DNA of 62,121 nucleotides, filler included, from Sluysia triapertura (taxonomy: Eukaryota): the NCBI GenBank assembly GCA_046118255.1. It is 5 parts of 5 records of this genome, joined end to end, with 100 filler letters (N's around TTAATTAATTAA, not from the genome) between each part and the next. Parts side by side here need not be neighbours in the genome. Positions count along the whole stretch, not along the records: positions 49,859 to 62,121 come from JBJNIA010124634.1; 4 more parts are not named here. One strand, 5' to 3'. Positions 54,361-62,121 of the stretch are shown one piece after another. A program made the position numbers and the translations under genes. Position 1 is the stretch's first letter. The number at the start of each line of letters is the position of its first letter. The notes under the pieces are model-generated. The model was not told the DNA's origin, made no database searches, and saw only the letters and a list, made by a program, of their open reading frames with translations.

Positions 54361-56551
54361 TAAATTAAATCAACCAATTAAGCACGTTCTCTAAGATGTA
54401 AATAGTCGAAGTAATGTCTTTGTAATACAGTTAAAAAATTTTCCAAATAATTTAAAAATCTGGTCGACTCTTTACTGTTATGAGTGTATCTAATGATAAT
54501 GGAATGTATCTAGATAGAAATAGAAAAGTTATATATCAACCTATTGTCGAAGAAAATCGAACGGCAATATTTCGTGATTCATCTTTCGGAAAAGTATATG
54601 TACTAGAGACGAAGTTAAAATGTGCAAGTTAAGGAAAGTAAATTTGAATTGTGGTAGAATCAATGCATCTACAGTAGAACGAAAGACAAATCCGATCTGT
54701 TCCGAATCTATATCCGATAAACAGTACAAGTATGATTTTAAAAAACAAAAATATGCTTTGTGACTATTTTGTAAATCATTTAAAACGAGAGAGAACTTGT
54801 GAAATTAAAGAGATATTTCAGATAAAAATGTTTCAAACTATATTATTAGCTATATGTTACTTATCCAATCAATCTACAAGTACCCACAATGATACTGGTG
54901 TTACAGACCTTCTGATAAGAACATGTATAACTGGATTTAAATGTGAAGCCAGAATTAATTTTAAAATTAATGATCATGTTCTTATTTTATATAATTTTGA
55001 AATCATAATAATGTTCTTCAGTGTCCTGTCAACCACACGCTATTTATTTGAAGATGCCATAAGTACCCATGACGATATCAATTGATAATTTTGTTTTATA
55101 TAAATTTGTAATGCTATCGACTGGCTCCATAATGATTCCGCGGAACAATATCCCAGTACTATTTGAAACCACAGCCGGTCTGAGAAGTCAAGGTTGTTTG
55201 TTTGACATTATTAGATACGTGTCCAGAGTGATTGGAGAATCAACTGTATGGATGTTAAATAAATTTCTGTTTTGTTATTATATTTTAAATACTATTTTCT
55301 TTAACAAATTAGTTAAGTGCCTTAAGCACCATTTTTATAGTCATATTCTTTTGAAATTTTACATAAATTATAAAATCAAGAATAATTTATGTAATAATAA
55401 TAATTTATTAACAATTAAAGATAAAAATGGCAATTTTGGTAGTTATAAAAACATCTACAATAAAATAACATAATGCTAAACCAAAAAATGACACTCCTAA
55501 GTTTAAAACTTGAATTATCAAAAATTGCAAATACAAAGGAAAAATGCAATTTAAAATGGACTATTACTTAACACGAATTTCGCAAAACGAAAATCCCAAA
55601 AATCAAATAATTTCAATATATCAAAGGAACTTTTTCCCCAACATAATTTTGCAATTGTATTACTTTTATTTCCTTTATGTAAAATGCAATAATTAGAAGT
55701 AAGTATTGGACAACCAAATGGTAGGATTTTCTGTTATTAAATTTTATGTTAAATTACAGTGTAAATGTTAGTGCTAACTTGACATATTACTTTTTACGTA
55801 TAATTAAAGTACAAACTGTAGTATAGCTGAATTTAGTATTTTTCTTAGCCTAAATTTTGAATTGATACCCTATTTCAATCCACCCACTATGTATGATTTT
55901 GAGCAACTTTTTAATCAAATGATTTAAATGCTGATATCTACATCTAGAATCTTTACTCGATTATTCGGTTGCTTATTTAATTATTTGGTTGTTTATAGCG
56001 ACATACAAATTCCGAATAAATTATTTACTTACTTGTGCAAATAGCAAGAATAGAAAAGGATATAAACAAGAATACTGCATAAATATTTATTATATCAAAA
56101 AAGCGATACAATAATGCCTTATTGGAAATGATGGTGGTATTATCTAGATTTTAATGCATTGTGATTAACCAACAAAAATTTACAAAATATCTGTTGCGGC
56201 TTATCATGTTATTACATAGGCCCACATATAAGCACTAAATCAAATGATTTAAACCAATTTCAACTAAACATCCTTTCAACTTTTATTCTACACCTTTCAT
56301 TTATTACGGTACAATTAACATAATCTAATCAAATTCACCAAATATGATTCAATAACTACGTCAATAACTACAAACTTGAATGCAACAATTAATGGGAGTC
56401 ACTTATTTAATGAGAGTTATGAAAACTTATTTTAGGTTAAATTATATATCCTCAGAGCTCATTTTACCGATTTTTTATATTCTTTAAATCAAATAGCACA
56501 TAAAATTGAAGACAAAATTTATTTACAAAATGAATATTGAAATTGTGGATT

Positions 56552-56694
56552 TGTTAGACTTCATAAAATGGACTGACCGGGTACCTCTAGCTATGCAGTT
56601 CGATGTTCTATTACTGAACTATCAGTCCCGCCTAACAATTTTATTTTATTATGGTAATATACCATCATGGCACTTTAGGCCTTTTACCCCAACA
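56552..56694 (-). mobile_element. Degenerate copy of the tRNA-like-cassette repeat
   Basis: Colinear with 61981-62121, T-arm partly deleted; bounded by TGTTAG...CCAACA with GATT on both flanks. Confidence 0.75.
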
Positions 56695-57783
56695 GATTTC
56701 TCCACAATTTTTGTTTTTCAATTTTAAAAAAGATTCTGACCCAGGTAGAATACTTTGGTGTCGATAAATTCATCTTTTGGATCACGAACAAAATTCTTGA
56801 TGCGCAATCGGGGTTGATGTTAATATTAGAGTGATATTCTTTATTGGAATAAGGAACGAACGTGAGTTGTGTGATATGCGGTCGGTCCAAAAAATCGAAT
56901 GTATATGAAAATGCGGCGAAGACCAAACGGTGTTCGTCATATGCGGACAGGGCTGGTACGTGGGTAAAAGATGTATTACTCTTCGAAAGACCTAATTAGC
57001 TGTTTTATTTTCATAGAGATTGGAGAGAAAGGAACGAAAGTTAGGTGGTTGTAGGGGAAACAACAAGGCTATAGATGGGGAATTCCGCAGCTTCCACGAC
57101 AACGTTGCATCCTTTATACAAATTGGTGATGTACAAAGACGAAAAACTATATACACGGGTTATGAAAGGAGCCCCATTATCCATGAAGGTGACCTTAGTA
57201 ACTCCCCGGCAATAACCAAATACAAAGATGGAATATTCTCATGAACCTGAGTCAAACCATCTAGCGACACAAAAGGTAATATGAAAATATGTGCTTTGCT
57301 AAGTTTAGATTGAGCTCAGATTATTAGGGGTAGAAACACAGACAGAGGTGACTTTCTCATGGCAATGCTTGTGGATGTGAACATAAAAATTCTTGGGTTG
57401 ATTTTTATGTGACTATAAAAATACAAGAAACTAAAAGTTGTACAAAAAATTCGTAAGTTTGAAAATATATTATTCAATTTAAATATTTTGAGAAATCCTA
57501 TTTTTTCTTTTCAATGAAAGGATTAAGAGGCCTAAATGGCTCTACTGATTCCTTTTCTTTATAAAAGTGTTTCAATTGATGCCTACGATGGTTGCGTCGT
57601 TGAGATTTAGGTATGGTGGAAAGTTGGAAGAAGTCCTGACAAACCCATTTTTATTAAGATTTTTATTTGTATGTTCCGCTTGGGAAGGAAGAATATCAAC
57701 CCAATGTTGCTTATCTGAGGAATCAATTATGTAGTCTACAATAAAAATATAAGATCGATGAAATACGGACTTATAAAAATTCA

Positions 57784-59253
57784 AAGTGGACTACTGATAT
57801 ATAACAACGGTAGTTTTTTTGTTTATTTTGATTAATTATTAATGATATTTATTTCTGATGTTATTATTAGAAGTATATATGAAAACAAGTAAAATATTAT
57901 TAAAATATTATTAAAATAAATTCCTAATTACTGCACCATATTTGAATTAAAAAATAAAATGTGATTTTTGCATGTGACAAAATTATAACTACACCATTCT
58001 AAAGTTTAATTAGTCAGTTTTAGTCAATCAAAGGTAATTAATTTTATTTAATATATTCTATTTAAATAATTTTTTGTTAGCAATTATATATTTAATTAAA
58101 AAATTTTGACAAATAAGAGTATTTTAAGATGCCAAAGGGAAACAATTATTGCCTATTGAAATTGGACAAATTTTGGCCTATAGAGATGTAAATTTGGGAA
58201 TAACAGAAATTGGACGTCGATAACAGAGATGCAAGCACAATCACTCGATTTCTTCAAGATTCTAAGAATTATGGCAAGAAAATAAGAAGAGGGCGAAAAC
58301 CAAAGTTGGCATCGAGAGACAAAAGGAGCATTCTTCGTGCCGTCACTGTCAAAAAATGTCTCCAAAACATATTAAACATATTAAACATCAGCTTCCTGTT
58401 CAATAAGAACTGTCCAAAGGGTTGTAGAGGAAGCCCAAACCATAACTCACAGCAGTGCACAAGTCGGCTGGGCATAATTATACATATCATGGATTTTAAA
58501 ATGGCACCAAATTATATTCAGTGACGAAAAAAAATTTAATCTTGATGGCTCCGGTGGATGCCACTTTTACTGGCATGACCTGATGAAGAGTCCGAAGTAC
58601 TTCAAAAAACATGAATTCGGAGGTGGTTCGGTGATGGTCTGGGCAGCTTTTGGTTGGAATGGGAAAACAGAAATTGTGTTCTTAGACGGTAAACAAAACT
58701 CACAGAAGTATATTCAAACATTCAATGACTTCCACAACCCCGTCGCAGGTCAAATTGGAAGCCGAAACTGGATCAGTCCATTACTCCGCGGAGACAACTA
58801 AATGGTTTGTAGATGACCAAATTTGGGTTTTTAGTAGCACTGACTTAAATCACATTGAGAACCTCTGGGGTTTACTTGTTCGGAAGGTTTACCGAATGGG
58901 CGGAAATTTGGCAATGTAAAGGATTTGAAAGCACACATTCTTTCTGCTTGGAAAAAAATCAGCCTTGAGGAGATAAAAAAAATCTAGTTAGCTCAATGCC
59001 TGAAAGACTTATTGAAGTCGTAAAGAAGAATGGTGACTTTATTGGCTATTAAAAAAATTTAATTTTAAAGTTCATTAATTATTAAACTAAGTGTTGTTAT
59101 ATTTCTGTCATACCCTAAAATTACTTTTTTTAAATTAAATGTCGTTTATGTGATAATTAAACATTTTCGTCATAATATATTTTTATAATTATTCAACAAT
59201 TATTAAATGAGATGCATTAAAAATTATTGTTGTTATATAACTGTCGTCCACCT
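57784..59253 (+). mobile_element. Tc1/mariner DNA transposon, Tc3-like, near full length
   Basis: Imperfect TIRs GTGGACTACTGATATATAACAAC / GTTGTTATATAACTGTCGTCCAC; inner related motifs near 57973 and 59091; encloses transposase pseudogene. Confidence 0.9.
58129..59052 (+). pseudogene. Tc3-like DD34E transposase, multiply frameshifted
   Basis: MPKGKQL..., FLQDSKNYG, IFSDEKKFNLDG, YWHDL, FGGGSVMVWAAF, DLNHIENLWGLLVRKVY in shifting frames. Confidence 0.92.
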
Positions 59254-59799
59254 TACACATGGGACAAGAAGCAGAGAGGTATAAAAAGTATTAAAAAATG
59301 GTGTAAAAAAAAGAAATGAAATTTGTGCAAACAAGGAGTGTCCCGGTATAGACCTTCTTTATTGAACAGAATCAAATGGAACAAAGCGTGTAATACATAC
59401 AATAAGACGCTAAATAAAATTATTAATTCAATATATCAAACTAAGTATTTATAATGAAAATAATTACCGCGTTTTAATAAAATTTTAAAATGTACGTGCA
59501 TTGACCCAAATGAATGGTCGAGTATGCAAATATTCTTATTTAATATTATTTAGATTTTAACAGAAGTATGATTTTTATATTTGATGAATAAATAAAATTT
59601 TGATGAGTAAATAACATTTAACTATAGTTAGTATAGTAAAGAGAATTGCTGTTAAACTATAGTTACCTATCGCGATCAAATTAATGTTGAAATTAAACGT
59701 TAACAGGCACGAATTACTTAACCTAATCGAACTTATGTTTGCAATGGTAGAGTTTGGATTTGTTACGATACGTCTAATGCTTGAAACTTTCTTTATTAT

Positions 59800-60110
59800 C
59801 TTATTGTCTGAATCGTTTTCGTATTTATCGATGATAGGCAGGTTGCACATCGAATTTTCTGACATTTGTCCAGAATTCTATTGTATCATGTAACTCTATA
59901 CTTTGTATTATCTAGATTTTAATAAATATAAGTTTGTTACTTGGAAGATGATATAAGCGAATAGTATCATTAGGTAGAACTAATCTGTAATGTATACCGT
60001 CGCATAAATTGTAAGCTATTATCAGTGCATTATTATTTAATGGATATCGATGGAAAATTCCATAGTTGTAGATAATTGCTGTAAAGCGAAAGGTTTCGTT
60101 TTTAACTTAT
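59800..60110 (-). pseudogene. Possible ADAM/reprolysin prodomain-like fragment
   Basis: YNYGIF...IIAYNLCDGIHYRLVLPNDTIRLYHLP loosely resembles the YxG...VAxxxCDGLxGxI prodomain motif; stops follow. Confidence 0.2.
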
Positions 60111-61997
60111 AATATCTTACTAGAATAATCTTTGAACTGATTTTAATGTCATATTCAAATTATATAGTTAGTGTGACATTGAATAATTGATAATCGACAA
60201 GATCATTACAAAATATTATCCAATAAAAGTGTTATGACTAATCTGTGTTGTGATTGTTATAACTAATCTTTGTACATATTTGCACATATTACAATCAACA
60301 ATTAATCTTTGTATTATGATGTATTAAATGAACATATTTGCACATATTATAATCATTTATAAATTATTCTGGATAATTATTTTTATTAACAGTGTGTTTA
60401 ATATTTATTATTAAAATTTTTGTAGATATTAAATTTTAATTATTTTCAAAATTTATTTTTCATATTTTGTTTTAAAAAATTGATCTGGCCAATGTCAATA
60501 AAATTTATATATAAATAATAAACAAATCATACTACCACACAATGTTAGATACAGCTTGTTGTGATACAATTTTTAGTTCGAAATTTTTAAATCCTTTTAA
60601 ACATAATAATTGACTGAACACAGTTTGAACTTCTCATATATGACTGTATTTTTATAATAGTGTATTCAAGAATCATCTCGTGAAATTCCTACTTTGGCCA
60701 GATTCTTTTTACATTTTTTTCGAATAATTAGTTTGTTTGTTTTTATTAAGGTTTGGATATCTAAAATATATCTTCGAAAAATCCACGAAAAATTATTTAA
60801 TAATTGTTTGGATCTTATAATAGATCTCCGAAAAATTTATTATTAAAATTTCATTGATATAGGAATTAGAACAAATAATTCCTCTTAATATATTTTATTA
60901 TTATCCAAACTTGTAATTCATTATATTAATTGTAACATTACATATTTAATTTATTTTCTAATAAAACCTCTACGAAATTGTTTTTTATTAAATTAAATAG
61001 TTTTAAATATAAAATTCATACTCCATAGAGATTTCCTTTGTTAGATTTTAACTCTAATCCCGCAAACTATCTATTAAAATCTTTTTTCATAGAATCCTCG
61101 CAAACTATAAATATAACATTAACTGATTTATAAATAATTAAATTTGATTATTTAAATGCCTCCAGAAAATTCCATTGAGTAAAATAATATATAAAATTAA
61201 ATACGAATTTCTTATGTGGTAGCCCAGCCTACATCTATCTATATATCACATCAATCATAGCATCCATCAACACAAACCTCATTACAAAAGTTGCATGATA
61301 ACAACATTACAACACTTATCCTTTAAAATCACAGATGCCTAATAAACTTCTTTCTGCTAACGTTTTTTTTATCAAAATAAAACACAACGCATTGTCACCT
61401 TGCCATCACTATGAAACAATGTCTTTTTATTTTATCTTTTTAGAACAATCTTTTATTTTATATTTTCACATATTTTATATTTTTTTTAATTTTTCTTCTG
61501 CCAAAAATTAATGCAATAAATACTGAAGAAAACCTAAAATTGTTGACATTGCTACAAAAACAAATTACATCACTTTGGATTTTAAAACAGAAGATTCATA
61601 TAAATGTACTAATTTTACCATTTCGCATTTTAAAGATAGTTGCATAAGCGTACGAAAATTAATTTTTTTATGAAGTAATAGTTTCTTTCACCGAATTTTT
61701 TCATTTTTCATTTGTCGATATATTTTATTACGTATCCTTCTAACAAATAAGCAAAAATGGTATTTATCGTTTTATATGCCAAAAAGAATTAGACAATCTC
61801 GAACAAAAAAATTTTGAAAGGAGAAGCAAAGAATTCAAAAAGAAATTGATGAAGTAACTAGATTAAAAGAGGTAGAAAAACCAAGATTATGTAAAGTTTA
61901 TACGACTTTGTTTTAATATTACATAATTCTAAAAAATAGTAAATAAAAGTTTATATATTTTAAATGCCAAATTGTGAATATGTTAGACTTCGTAAAA

Positions 61998-62069
61998 AGG
62001 ACTGACCGGGGATCGAACCCGGTACCATCGCTGCGCAGTTCGACTGCTCTATCACTGAGCTATCAGCCC
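61998..62069 (-). tRNA. tRNA-like sequence with non-canonical anticodon arm (pseudo-tRNA/repeat-borne)
   Basis: GGGCTGA TA GCTC AGTGATA GAGC A GTCG AACTGCGCAG CGAT GGTA CCGGG TTCGATC CCCGG TCAGTCC: paired acceptor, D and T stems, A/B boxes, T5 terminator; anticodon arm is 4 bp plus a 10-nt loop, identity ambiguous. Confidence 0.7.
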
Positions 62070-62121
62070 CGTCTAACAATTTCATTTTCAATATATTCAA
62101 TTATACTACTTGGCACTTTTT

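Larger units (their letters stand above)
53849..57737 (-). pseudogene. Series of GC-enriched exon-like blocks of an unidentified gene, partly disrupted
   Basis: Open AG/GT-bounded blocks at 56991-56741 and 53932-53849; further coding-like blocks at 57737-57572, 57260-57040 (one TGA), 55250-55000 and 54730-54542. No motif recognised. Confidence 0.35.

Noticed and set aside
61998-62069. Functional tRNA-Arg(GCG) or tRNA-Ala(TGC)
   Set aside because: Anticodon arm cannot form a 5-bp stem with a 7-nt loop, the D-loop GG is altered, and it sits in a multi-copy repeat.

Overview
Very AT-rich (by eye roughly low-20s % GC) eukaryotic DNA, almost certainly from an invertebrate animal (NALCN, STAM and MOV10L1/armitage homologues; GT-AG introns including three of 38 nt). 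It is not one locus: four identical 100-nt artificial linkers (N44-TTAATTAATTAA-N44) join five ~12-14 kb scaffolds, so neighbourhoods across linkers mean nothing. Supportable content: a six-exon orphan Ser/Arg-rich gene; two NALCN domain-IV exons; the first four exons of a STAM-like VHS gene; decayed fragments of METTL24-like, LicD-family, MOV10L1/armitage-like and possibly SLC44-like genes; a near full-length frameshifted Tc3-like transposon; relics or MITEs of mariner, Tc2/pogo, hAT, piggyBac, PIF, Ty3/gypsy and non-LTR elements; many micro/minisatellites. The most unusual signal is a short TG...CA-bounded repeat carrying a tRNA-like Pol III cassette (two copies plus a terminal fragment fused to a METTL24-like exon). 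All homology calls are from manual translation and remembered motifs, not database searches. No CRISPR or prokaryotic system is evident, and I cannot claim a proven new system.
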